From the NCBI GenBank assembly GCA_965215885.1, contig CBDCEW010000104.1:128001-192000 (forward strand): DNA of 64,000 bases. Direction: 5' to 3'. A program made the position numbers and the translations under genes. This document shows positions 40,967 through 51,455 of this stretch, in pieces. Numbering within the stretch: the first letter of the stretch is position 1; each line of letters begins with the position of its first letter. The notes under the pieces were generated by a model that saw only the letters and a program-made list of their open reading frames with translations, was not told the DNA's origin and made no database searches. This stretch comes from Candidatus Moanibacter sp. GTDB lineage: Bacteria > Verrucomicrobiota > Verrucomicrobiia > Opitutales > UBA2987.

Positions 40967-43340
40967 CAGAACTCGCTATCATGCGGGTTGGCGGGCAGGG
41001 GGCAATCGCAGATACAATTCCCGGCTTTTAAGAGCTAAAGAAAACGGTAGGCTTCATCTTCGAACCATCAAATTCGAAGAAAAATGGAGAAACCTACCGT
41101 CAAAGAAGAGACCTTCTTACAGTGCATCCTTGGAGTGGACAAGGGTAATCCCTCGATCACGGTCTATCGGGATCTGAGGGAAGGCAAACTGCACGTCTAT
41201 TACGGGCATGAGCTTTTTGAAGTCGTAGAGGACGATCGGGAGCAAGTTGAATTCAAGCTATTGGAGGGGCGCCTCTACAATGCGGGGTTGAAGAAAGGGC
41301 GCTTAGAGAAGCAATTTGAGGTTGACCCCAAAACGATGAAGCGGTGGGGGGAGGCGCTTCAAAGCGGAGATGCCGAGACCTTAGCGCGAGTGCTGGCGGG
41401 ACGCAGCGCTCATCGCAAATTGACGAGGGAAATCCGGAGTTTTGTGCGGGTGCGCTTCGGGCAGATCTATGGGGAGAGTCGGTATGGCTACAGCAAGAAG
41501 ATACGGGGGGAGATCGAGGAGGTGTTCGGAGTTAACCTCAGTGGGGAAACTTTGCGCCCTGTCTTTAAGGAGCTTAAAGAGGCCCGGGCAAAGGAGGCCG
41601 AAGCCGAGAGGGCGCAAAATCGGGAGACTCCCTGGGATTGCCCGGAGGACTCGGGGAGGGACGAACAGGAGCAAGAAGCAGAAAATAGCCCCGAAAGCGA
41701 AGGGGACAATCGCAAGGGGTCTCCCGATTTTTCGAGGGAGAGCTCCGAAGCGGTGCAATGGTATCGGCACCTGGGAGTACTTCTGTTCAGTGCCGCGCTC
41801 AGAGAAGTCGCTCAGATTGATCGCGAAGAGGGCTGGCTTTTGAAACAATGGGTGGCTTGCGGGTTGTTGGCCGCGGTCAATATCGAGCAGAGCAAACTGC
41901 TCGATCTCGAAGACCTGCAAAAACTCATCGGGCGAGTCCTGTATACCCCCTATCTGCAACGCCAAAGCCTTAGCGCCCTGGCCGATGAAGGGCTTTTAAG
42001 AGAGATCCTCAGAGTGAACGCGAGGGGCCTGAATGCTTCGGATGAAGAGAGCTTTTATTATGATCCGCACACCAAACATTACACCGGAATGAGCAAGGTG
42101 CTGGCGGGATGGTGTCCGGGTATCCGTCTGGCCGACAAAGCGCTCCACAGCGATTTTATTCATACCCTCAAGGGCTATCCGGTCTATTTTGCGAGCACTG
42201 ACAACTATGAGGATATAAGGGAACGGTTTATCCCCAACTGCGAAGCGATGCTCGAGCTGGTGCAGCTGCCGGCTGATAAAAAGGTGAGTATTTACGTGGA
42301 CCGGGCGATCGCCGCGGAGTGGTTTTACGAAGCCATCGTGGAGCACCCTCAACTCGAAATCATTACCTGGGAAAAAGGTTACAAGGCCAGCGCCCAGCCC
42401 CTCCAACGGATCGACGGGCAGTTGCGCCTGCAGCGCGCGCGCAACCATGCCGAAGATCTCCAGGAGTATCATCTTCGCTATCAGCGGGGCCCCTGGAAGA
42501 AAAATCCTCAACTGGTGCAGTGGATCGTGGAGGCGACCAATCCAAAAAATCGAACCATTACCGTGAGCATCCTGGCGACCGATCAGCAGGCCCGAAATGA
42601 AGAGGTAATCAAAGGGATGTTCAGTCGCTGGATTCAGGAGAATGACTTCAAATACCTCGATAAGCACTTTGGGATTAATCAGATCACCTCTTATCGCACC
42701 GTCCACTACAAGCGATTAGCCCAACACCTTGAGGACAAGCAGGAGAAAAGCGGTGCCGCCAAAGCCCTCCTGAAGCAAAAACAGCAATGCACCGAAGAAT
42801 TGAAAAGACTGCTCCTGGCCGAGCATGCCCACCCGGGCAAAAGCGCCTCAAGGGGCGAAAAGATCCGTCGACTCGATCAGGCCCTCAAAGCCCTCCAACT
42901 CGAACTGGAGCAAATCGACACCGAATGCTCGAGGCTGCAGCGCCTCATTGATGAAAACTATGTCCGCCTGGACACCGCTAACAAGTCCCTCATGGATGCC
43001 TTGAAAATCTTCGCCCGTAACAGCTTCTACAAGCAGCTCGAACCCTTTAAAGCTCGCTACAACAACTATCGTGACGACCACGATCTGTTTCGCAATTTGA
43101 CTCACAGTGACGGCGTTCTTATAGAGAGGGGCTGTGCGGTCGAAGCGCATTTATTCCCCACCGCAACTTATCCCCCTCGGGTGCAGGCGGTGGTGCTTGA
43201 GTATCTGCAAACTCTCAATCAGAAGCCCTTACTGATGCCCGACGGTTCAGGCCGAAGAATCATCTTCCGACTGGGCAAAAAATCGGGATTTAAACTTGCG
43301 ATTGCATAGTGCCTTTAGAGGGGCAATATAGTGAGGTCTG
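40967..43340 (+). mobile_element. 2374-bp insertion sequence with a 741-aa putative DDE transposase (41084-43309)
   Basis: TIRs CAGAACTCGCTATCATGC vs CAGACCTCACTATATTGC; 5-bp target duplication AACCT (40962-40966, 43341-43345); empty homologous site at 47121-47140; candidate catalytic motifs YYDPH, VDR, RWIQENDFK. Confidence 0.88.
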
Positions 43341-43576
43341 AACCTTGTTTTTCTAGCAAGTTTTTGCGTAGAAGAGGTTGTTGGTATTCAATAAACTGCA
43401 GTCGACCCGTCGTCGCTTCGCTTTGCCGAGGCAGGCAAGGTTTGGGACAAGGTTCGCGACCCGTCGTCGCACTGCTTTGCCGAGGCAGGCGAGGTTACCC
43501 AAGGGAAGTAGGAGTTTCCTTCTGCATTCGCGTCCATCTGCGTTCATCTGCGGTTCTCTTCTTCTTTTTTGGTTGC
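43341..43576. repeat. Dispersed ~200-nt intergenic repeat, copy carrying two 30-nt mini-insertions
   Basis: Collinear with 47131-47302; diverged inverted relatives at about 59145-59303, 46660-46730 and 55360-55386. Confidence 0.85.
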
Positions 43577-43577
43577 G

Positions 43578-44219
43578 CTAGGTCATCCGTGGTAGATTCA
43601 TTCTCTGTTTTTCTTCTTCCATAGCGGGATGCTCTGCGATCATCCCTAACGCTTTTCTCAGGAGGGTTTTTCCCGGTTCCACGCGGGGCCATGGAGAGGC
43701 CCCGGAGGGGTGGGGGAGGGGAATCGTGTCGAAAAGATGCTTGTCGTAGGTGCATCGGAAACTGCGGCCGACGATTGCATCGAGACTCGAGTATTTCATA
43801 AATTGCGTAATGGCCAGTCTGCCGACTGGAATGACTAATTCCGGTCGCAGAATTTCCATCTCGGCTTTCAGCCAGCGGGAGCAGTTGGAAATCTCTGTCC
43901 GATCCGGAACGCGGTCACCGCCCTTCGGCTTCTTGCCGGGGAAGCAGCGGCAGACAGCTGCCATGTAAATGCTGGAACGAAAATCTTCCTCACTGAGTCC
44001 ACATGATTCCTTGAACCACTGGAAGAGCGTCTTCCCCGCGGTCCAGGCAAACGGGCGTTGCAACCGGGGTTCCTTTTCACCCGGCGCCTGCCCCACCAGC
44101 AGCACCTTGCTCACGATGGCCCGTCCCGTCACCACCGGGCTCTGCATATTCGGGCATAAGGCACAGGCACGGAGGGCACTGGTGTGTTGAAGGATAGATT
44201 CTCGGCGATTCATGAACAT
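43578..44219 (-). CDS. Uracil-DNA glycosylase-superfamily protein
   Basis: C..C..C cluster, VGQAPG, VCRCFPGK, PLPHPSG. Confidence 0.88.
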   Translation of the reverse strand: MFMNRRESILQHTSALRACALCPNMQSPVVTGRAIVSKVLLVGQAPGEKEPRLQRPFAWTAGKTLFQWFKESCGLSEEDFRSSIYMAAVCRCFPGKKPKGGDRVPDRTEISNCSRWLKAEMEILRPELVIPVGRLAITQFMKYSSLDAIVGRSFRCTYDKHLFDTIPLPHPSGASPWPRVEPGKTLLRKALGMIAEHPAMEEEKQRMNLPRMT

Positions 44220-44504
44220 AAGTTAGGAAAAGGGTTCAATCATGACTGAATCGGGGCCACAGAGCGACACAGAGATGCACGGAGGCACCTAGCGCAGCAA
44301 ATCCGCAACCAAACTGGTAGGTGCTTCCGTGGAGAAGAGAATTGAACAGAAGGAAACAAAGAGAACGGAGAGGGATGATGGGTATACAATGTCTGTTTAA
44401 AACTACGTTTTCTCTCTACGTCGCTAGGGGCGTTCTCAGTCGAGTGGCAGGAACGGTTGCATCGATCGCGAAAATAGGAGTTCGAACATACGATAGAACG
44501 AATT

Positions 44505-44663
44505 AGGAGTCGACTTCGCCTCGCGCGCAGCGCGTCTGAAACGCCAAGAAGAGAATTCCCCAAAGCGCCCCCTTTCGGCGCAGAATGCAGGTGCGCTTTT
44601 GGGAATTCTCTTCTTGGCGTTTCTCCATTCTGCCAAACGGCAGATTTGGCGAAGTCGACTCCT
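44505..44663. repeat. Structured ~160-nt repeat, copy 2 (best preserved)
   Basis: Perfect 16-bp closing stem AGGAGTCGACTTCGCC; CGCGC-GCA-GCGCG; 23+7-bp central stem; TCTGCC-AAAC-GGCAGA. Confidence 0.9.
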
Positions 44664-44752
44664 TCCGACTTTCAGTCTGTGTAACTTAAGTTCTCCGTGG
44701 TCCTCTGTGGTGCTCTGTGACCCCTCTTTTGCCTTTCTACTTTCCTTATTTC

Positions 44753-45334
44753 TTATTCGTTAAATGAAAAGAAGGCTTCCTCGGTATACTGCGCTCCTTC
44801 AGAAGAGAGTTTGCTCGAGAAGAGGGTGAATCCTTCCACCTTGAACGGCGCTGTTTCGAAATTCCGGTTATCCCGAACAAACTGTTTCACCGCGCCCGGT
44901 TTTGCGCGTGCCGTCCGCGCAATCGTCACATGCGGGTGATAGGCCCGCGTCTCAGCTTCGACGCCAAGAGCTACCAGGGTGTCTTCGATCTGTTTTTGCA
45001 ATTGAAAGAGGCGAGGATGCCCCTTATCGTGTCCAACCCAAACGATTCCAGGACGGCCACGGCGCGGGAAGCAACCGACCTCCTTCACCGGCAGGATGAA
45101 GAGCTCAACTCGAATTGGCGAGAGGAGCTCAACGATTCGCTCAGCCAATTCCGCATCGACGTCGCCGATGAACCGCAGAGTGAGGTGGAGGTTATCCTCC
45201 GGAACCCAGCGAAACTCGGGAAGCTGGTGCCGTATGCGTCGGATGGACGATTTCACGTGGTTGGGGGCGGAAATCCCGATGAAGAGGCGTTTCTCTTCCC
45301 GCTCTCTTGTAACTTGGATTTTGTCGTCTGTCAT
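44753..45334 (-). CDS. thpR: RNA 2',3'-cyclic phosphodiesterase (2H phosphoesterase)
   Basis: RLFIGI, NLHLTLRFIG and YHPHVTIAR (two HxT motifs). Confidence 0.92.
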   Translation of the reverse strand: MTDDKIQVTREREEKRLFIGISAPNHVKSSIRRIRHQLPEFRWVPEDNLHLTLRFIGDVDAELAERIVELLSPIRVELFILPVKEVGCFPRRGRPGIVWVGHDKGHPRLFQLQKQIEDTLVALGVEAETRAYHPHVTIARTARAKPGAVKQFVRDNRNFETAPFKVEGFTLFSSKLSSEGAQYTEEAFFSFNE

Positions 45335-45500
45335 GGCTTCCTGGTTTTAGAACACAGAGATTGAGCTGAATAAGGAAGGCAGGAAAGCAGGAAAAGAGAA
45401 TTGAAGTCCGGCGAGCCGGGAGAAACAGAGAGCAAGGGCACGCGCAATGTTATCTGTAAGATTGCGCCCGGCCTTCTGACTCCTTTTACTCTTCTGAGCT

Positions 45501-46444
45501 ATGCTTAAGGAACTCATCGATACACCCAAAGGTTGGGATGCGAACTCGATTGATGCGCCTGAATGCTGGATTTATTCCCTCTCGCAGGAGGTTTTGTCGG
45601 AGCTTGATTCGGCCTTAGCACCGGGCACTGGAAAGGTTACTCCGATTGAAGATTTAGCATTGTCCAAGTCCAGTGCGCGGTGCTGCCACAGGAATTTTGC
45701 CCCGGTAACGGAAGCACTGGATTCCGGCCGAGGTTTCGCCATCATTGATCGTGTTCCGGTCGACCGCTATACGCTTGATGAGGCCAAAGCGGCCTACTGG
45801 CTAATCGGTCAATCGGTCGGGTTTCCGATGAAACAGAACATGCGCGGGACACTTCTGTATGACGTCCGTGATACCGGCGCCGATGTCCGAAAGGGCGTCC
45901 GATTCTCGGTTACCAACTCCGAATCGACTTTTCATAATGACAATGCATTCGGTGCGACTATTCCCGACGTCGTGGGTTTGCTCTGTATACGGACAGCCCG
46001 GTCGGGAGGCAGGAGCCAACTGGTCAGCGCTTACGCAATTCATAACGAATTGCTGAAAAATCATCTCGAGGTTCTCGAAACTCTTTACGAGGATTTCTGC
46101 TTCGACTGTCGAGGAGAACATGCTCCCGATGAACCTCCCGTTTCGCAGACACAGGTTTTCACTGGGACGGACAGGATTTGACCAACCGATACCTCCACTA
46201 CTACATCCAAATCGGTCATGAAAAGATGAAACTGCCTCTCGATTCGAGGCAGGAATATGCCTTGGAGGTACTGGAGGAATTGCTGCGTCGCCCGGAATTC
46301 TGGGTGGAGTTCGATCTTAGACCCGGCCAGATCCTGTTTGTGAACAACCGAAGAATTTTGCATAATCGGACAGCGTTTCAGGACTTTCCGGATCCCGAAC
46401 GCCGTCGCCATTACGTTCGCCTGTGGCTTAACTGGCGGCAGTGA
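45501..46444 (+). pseudogene. TauD/TfdA-family dioxygenase, frameshifted near 46158
   Basis: FHND, VVGLLCIRTARSGGRSQLVS in ORF 1; NNRRILHNRTAF..RRHYVRLWL in ORF 2; one missing T in a T-run would restore the frame, so a sequencing error is possible. Confidence 0.82.
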
Positions 46445-46908
46445 TTCCGTTTGGCGGACTCTACGAGATTGAGAGATGAATAAGGAAGGAACCGCAGATG
46501 GACGCGAATGGACCCGTCTCCGTCCTCCGGGCTTCGCCGTGGCATGCGCGAATTTGGGAGGAAGACCCCGCGGATTCGAGGACACAGCGGGTTAATTCGA
46601 GAGGGAGTAACTAACGGATCAGGAAAACAACGGATTGTGAACAATTGGACCACAATTCTTTGAATACCATCCTCTTAAAATTCACCAAACAAAATACGTG
46701 TTCAGTCAACCAAGTTCTGATGGATAGTAGTGCAAATTGCTTTTGAAAAAAGAGGGCGGCAAGAAGATGCGATAGTTAAATTTCCGTGGAAACGGCGCCA
46801 GCCAGATAGTCATCGGCGTCCCGGATCGGGGAGTGAGAAGTAACCGCGGAATGAGGTTTTAATAAGGAAGGCAGGAAAGCAGGAAACTGCCCATACTATA
46901 GGCCGAGG

Positions 46909-47070
46909 TAGGAGTCGACTTCGCCTCTCCGCCATACGGGAGAGCCTGAAACGCGATGAGGAGCTTTCCCAAGATCGCGACTGCATTTTAGTCCACGAAT
47001 AGCGCTCTTGGGAAAGTTCCTCTTCGCGTTTCTCGACTCGCATAAGCGAGTTTGCGAAGTCGACACCCTA
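46909..47070. repeat. Structured ~160-nt repeat, copy 3
   Basis: GGAGTCGACTTCGC / GCGAAGTCGACACC; CTCTCC..GGAGAG; ~31-bp central stem; ACTCGC-ATAA-GCGAGT. Confidence 0.88.
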
Positions 47071-47120
47071 TTCTCCATCCTGCGACTGTGAGACCTGACT
47101 CCTCTATCTATCCGTGCCAC

Positions 47121-47302
47121 AATCCGGCAGAACCGTGTTTTCCGAGCTATTTTTTGCGCAGAAGAGGTTGGTATTCAATAAACTGCAGTCGACAAGGTTT
47201 GGGACAAGGTTCGCGACGAGGTTACCCAAGGGAAGTAGGAGTTTCCTTCTACATTCGCGTCCATCTGCGTGCATCTGCGGTTCTCTTCTTCTTTTTTGGT
47301 TG
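47121..47302. repeat. Dispersed intergenic repeat, empty copy (no IS, no mini-insertions)
   Basis: Matches 40952-40966 joined to 43346-43576. Confidence 0.85.
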
Positions 47303-47804
47303 CCCGTTCGAGAGCCTCAGGGCCCCGAGCCTGTCGCGGGGCGGCTCTGCCACGCTAGGCCATCCGTCAAATCTCGCAGAGTCTGCTGTAAGGCAGATCC
47401 GCGGTCACGCTGATCCCGATTGACCTCAGGTCGAAAGATGTTTCCAGGTTGCGGCGCGCCGGGAGGAATCGAATTCTCTTCTCCATGTAAGGACCTACCA
47501 GTTTCCTGCTTTCCTTATTAATTCATCCCGGTACCGCGAGATCTTCAACGAACGCACCCGGATCCACCCTCCCGCAACTCGCATCCCCTCTTCCCACTGT
47601 CCACTGTTTACTGCTGAGCGCAGCGAAGTCCCGGTTTGCCGGGGTTCACTGTTTACTGACCACTGTTCACTAATTCTTCCTTCCTAACCATTTTTCTCTT
47701 GCCGGTTCGAAGTGTAGTGATAATTCTCTATCACGACGGGAGTCATTGCGTGTGAAAGGTCCTTTCGAGCGCTTGATTCCGGTCATCGACAAGCACTCTC
47801 TCTC

Positions 47805-48185
47805 ATGCAGTTTCGGTATTACCTGACCGATCGGCCGCGCTTCGAACATTGGATCGAAATGGCGGAATTCTCCGGTTACAAGGCCCGGAAAATGGCTGAA
47901 ATATACGGCGTCAGTCTCCGCACCCTGGAGCGCTATTTCGAGGAAGACCTCGCCCGAAAGCCCCAGGAATGGCTCAACGAACAGCGCATGATCACGGCCC
48001 GGGAAATGCTCGAATCCGGGAGATCAATCAAGGAGACAGCCGCTGACCTCGGCTTTAAGCAGACAACTCACTTTCACCGCGAATATAAGCGGGTGCATGG
48101 GGTAACGCCGTCGATCTTCCAAAGGCATACCGCAGTCGGTGAGCGGAGTAGGAAAAGAAGAGGAACCGCAGATGAACGCGAATGA
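47805..48185 (+). CDS. Stand-alone AraC-family HTH regulator
   Basis: GVSLRTLERYF...R...A..ML..G.SIKETAADLGFKQTTHFHREYKRVHGVTPS. Confidence 0.88.
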   Translation: MQFRYYLTDRPRFEHWIEMAEFSGYKARKMAEIYGVSLRTLERYFEEDLARKPQEWLNEQRMITAREMLESGRSIKETAADLGFKQTTHFHREYKRVHGVTPSIFQRHTAVGERSRKRRGTADERE

Positions 48186-48284
48186 ACGCGAAGCGATATT
48201 ACCGTCTATTCGCTGTTCCTACCCCATCCGAACCGCTAATGAAACCAAATTGACGCCAATACTTCTGTGTTTGTGATTTCGCGT

Positions 48285-48692
48285 TCATTCGTGTCCATTC
48301 GCCGTTCCTTCCAGCACCACTCTTTTCCACTCCAATTTTGCTCGTTTGAAATTTAGGATCAATCCGACTTTCAGCCCCGTAATCTTCAGATAATTGAGCA
48401 TTTGTCCCATTTCGTGATCTCCGATTTGCTCAAAAACTTTGGTGTCTACCACGATCTGGTCATACACGATGAGATCGGGGATGTACTCGCCGACGCTCAC
48501 GCCCTTATAAAGCACATCGTATGTCTGTTGTTGGCTGACTGGTATATCCCTGAATCCAAACTCCACAACGAGCGCATTCTCATAAGGTTTCTCCAACAAC
48601 CCATGACCGAGCTCATTTAGCACCTCCATGGCGCATCCTACAATCTGGAATGCTTCCTCCTTTAAGGGATATCCGCGTTCATTTGCGTCCAT
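48285..48692 (-). CDS. GxxExxY protein (PD-(D/E)XK nuclease-like), copy 1
   Basis: LGHGLLEKPYENAL (GxxExxY), YIPDLIV..IVVDTK, QMLNYLKITGLKVGLILNF. Confidence 0.92.
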   Translation of the reverse strand: MDANERGYPLKEEAFQIVGCAMEVLNELGHGLLEKPYENALVVEFGFRDIPVSQQQTYDVLYKGVSVGEYIPDLIVYDQIVVDTKVFEQIGDHEMGQMLNYLKITGLKVGLILNFKRAKLEWKRVVLEGTANGHE

Positions 48693-48832
48693 TCGCGGTT
48701 CCTTCCCCTTCCGAAACGCTAATCAACGCTATTCGACGCAAATATTTCTGTGCCTCTGCGTTCGCGTTCATTTGCGTTCCTTCGCGGTTCTCTTCTGTAG
48801 TGCGATCCCCAGCCCGGGCTCATACCAGGGGC

Positions 48833-49876
48833 TCAGGGGCTGAGTATTGGCCCGGTATACTGGTATCCCCCTGAGTCGAAGGGATCTTCTGCCATAAGCA
48901 GCGGTGTATCGAGATCAAGGATACTGATTCCGCCAAGCCCCAGCACCAGAGAAAACGAGCAGCCCATTGCTACTCGGGTCTCGATCATTCCACCGATCAT
49001 CAGACCGATGCCGTGCGCCTTACAGAGAGTCGCAATGTCTATCGTTTCAAACAGACCGCTCTTGGTGACCTTCAGATTTATTATATCCGCTGCCCCTTTC
49101 TGAATAACTCGCAACGCATCTTCCAGAGAAAAGACAGACTCGTCCGCTGCGACCGGAAAAGCGGAGTTTTCACGAACCTTTTTTAATCCTTTGATATCAA
49201 ACCGATCGACCGGTTGCTCGAAAGCTTCCACAGTCAGATCGATCGCCTCGATCTTTCTGGCGAATGCAATCGCCTCTGTTGGTGTATAACCTTGGTTCGC
49301 GTCGATAATCAGGGATATTCCGGGATAACGCTCCGCCAAAGCGATGACGCGAGCGGCATCCTCCTCAACATCTAATCCAACCTTTAATTTTCGAAACCCC
49401 TTTTTAGCGATCTCTAGTGATTCTTCGACGCCTCTAATCGGTATTGTGATGTCAGTCTCATAATTTCTGACATCAGCGCCACCCCAGAGCGCCCACAATG
49501 GAATCCCGCTCCCGCGACTGAACGCATCGACAATTGCTGTCTCGAACCCACAACGTACTGCCGCGAGATGAGGAATCCGGGATCGAATCTCCTTCGAAAT
49601 CTTTCGAAAGTTTGTTACCGAGCTTCCAATTACGAATTCCGCAAGGTCCTTCGCGGCGCTGAGGCTGTCCTCTCGGGTCTCTTTGGTCAGTTCGGGAAAG
49701 GGCGCTATCTCACCGTACCCGATGCACCCGTTCTCCAGTATCAAGGTAACTATTAGACTCCTCGCTACCGTTACTTCCCCTTTAGCGATTGTAAAGGCAT
49801 CGATTAGCGGCACTTCGATCGGTGAAATCTCAACATCGGCGATCGCAAATCCGCTGTCTGTACTGCGTTGTTTCAA
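48833..49876 (-). pseudogene. Dipeptide (L-Ala-D/L-Glu) epimerase, enolase superfamily, degraded copy
   Basis: DANQG, FEQP, ADES, INLK, DLD motifs; two short in-frame deletions relative to copy 2 and an 8-nt duplication creating a stop before WYEPGLG. Confidence 0.8.
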
Positions 49877-50418
49877 AACGAAATCGTCATGGAAGAAAGA
49901 GCCAATGAAAAACGGAACCGAGATTACCAGAGCGTGAACGCAATGCCAACCAGATCCTCATCGAGGTCCTGCGTGGGAGCTTGAGAGAACCAGAAATGTG
50001 AGCTGAATAAGGAAAGCAGGAATGCAGGAAAAGAGGGTGTCCCGGAGCGGAGCCATTTGGAGAATAGGGGTCGACTCTGTTGTAATCCCGCTCAGGTTCC
50101 AATTGTATCAGGTCAAATTGTAACGATTGATTCCGTTGCAAATTCCTTCTCGTCCGTAATTGCCCTGTGAAGTTGAAAGCTTTCCTGCCTTCCTGCTTTC
50201 CTTATTCATCAATCTTCTGTTCATCGATCCTCGCGTCTCGACAATATTCTTCGAACTGAAACCAGACTCATCATTCCAGAGTTCTATCATCATGTCACGG
50301 CGGAGATCCGCATCGGCGGAGAGCAGACGAATCATTCACTCACTTCCCCTCACTTTGCGTCTTAGCCGCTTTGCGTGAGGCCTCTATCACGTTACGGCGC
50401 AGTTCCGCATCGCCTAAA

Positions 50419-50736
50419 CGGAGACAGATCCACTCTTTTCCGCCGTCAGCTTTCCGCACTCTCGAGCGCCGTTTTCAGGAGGCCTCGCCCGAAAACCCCA
50501 GGAATGGCTCAACGAGACAGATCCACTCTTTTCCGCCGTCGCCTCCGCATCTCGAGCGCCGTTTTCAGGAGGGCCTCGCCCGAAAACCCCAGGAATGGCT
50601 CAACGAACAGCGCATTATGCCGGCCCGGGTGATGCTCGAAAGCGGGAAGTCAATCAAGGAGACCGCAGCCGACCTAGGTTTTAAGCAGACGACCCACTTT
50701 CACCGGGAATATAAGCGGATGCATGGGGTGACGTAG
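50419..50736 (+). pseudogene. AraC HTH remnant with internal ~94-bp tandem duplication
   Basis: 3' half nearly matches 47930-48110; GAGACAGATCCACTCTTTTCCGCCGTC...CCCCAGGAATGGCTCAAC occurs twice; premature TAG. Confidence 0.8.
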
Positions 50737-51011
50737 TCGATCTTCCAAAGGCATACCGCAGTCCGTGAGCGGAGCCGTTATAGAAGAGGAACCGCAGATG
50801 CACGCAAATGAACGCGGATTGCTTCTAAGAGAGGAGGACGAGCACAATGGAATCTCGGAAACGTGAAAAAATAGGGATGGAACCGCAAATGGACGCAGAT
50901 GAACGCGAATGAACGCGAAGCGATATTACTGTCTATTCGCTGTTCCTTCCCCATCCGAACCGCTAATGAACGCAAATTGAAGCCAATACTTCTGTGTTTC
51001 TGATTTCGCGT

Positions 51012-51455
51012 TCATTCGTGTCCATTCGCGGTTCCTTCCAATACCACTCTTTTCCACTCCAATTTTGCTCGTTTGAAATTTAGGATCAATCCGACTTTCA
51101 GCCCCGTAATCTTCAGATAATTGAGCATTTGCCCCATTTCGTGATCTCCGATCTGCTCAACAACTTTGGTGTCTACCACGATCTGGTCATACACGATGAG
51201 ATCGGGGATGTACTCGCCGACGCACACGCCCTTATAAAGCACATCGTATGTCTGTTGTTGGCTGACTGGTATATCCTTGAATCCAAACTCCACAACGAGC
51301 GCATTCTCATAAGGTTTCTCCAACAACCCATGACCGAGCTCATTTAGCACCTCCATGGCGCATCCTACAATCTGGAATGCTTCCTCCTTTAAGGGATATT
51401 CGCGTTCATTTGCGTTAATCTGCGGTTCTCTTATGGAGTCCCAGTCCGGGCTCAT
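51012..51455 (-). CDS. GxxExxY protein, copy 2
   Basis: Nearly identical to 48285-48692; the equivalent ATG is ATT, nearest upstream in-frame ATG at 51455. Confidence 0.88.
   Translation of the reverse strand: MSPDWDSIREPQINANEREYPLKEEAFQIVGCAMEVLNELGHGLLEKPYENALVVEFGFKDIPVSQQQTYDVLYKGVCVGEYIPDLIVYDQIVVDTKVVEQIGDHEMGQMLNYLKITGLKVGLILNFKRAKLEWKRVVLEGTANGHE

Noticed and set aside
39022..47070. Four-way-junction repeats as tRNAs or attC sites
   Set aside because: Twice tRNA length with no T-loop or CCA; no RYYYAAC/GTTRRRY boxes, and the branched fold does not fit attC
47593..47671. Heptamer-like CACTG tract as a separate system
   Set aside because: Short, with only one weak relative near 63849; treated as part of the general repeat mosaic
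50064..50085. Fourth copy of the four-way-junction element (TAGGGGTCGACT)
   Set aside because: Similarity ends after about 12 nt with no partner stem; same for GGAGTCGACTC near 26206
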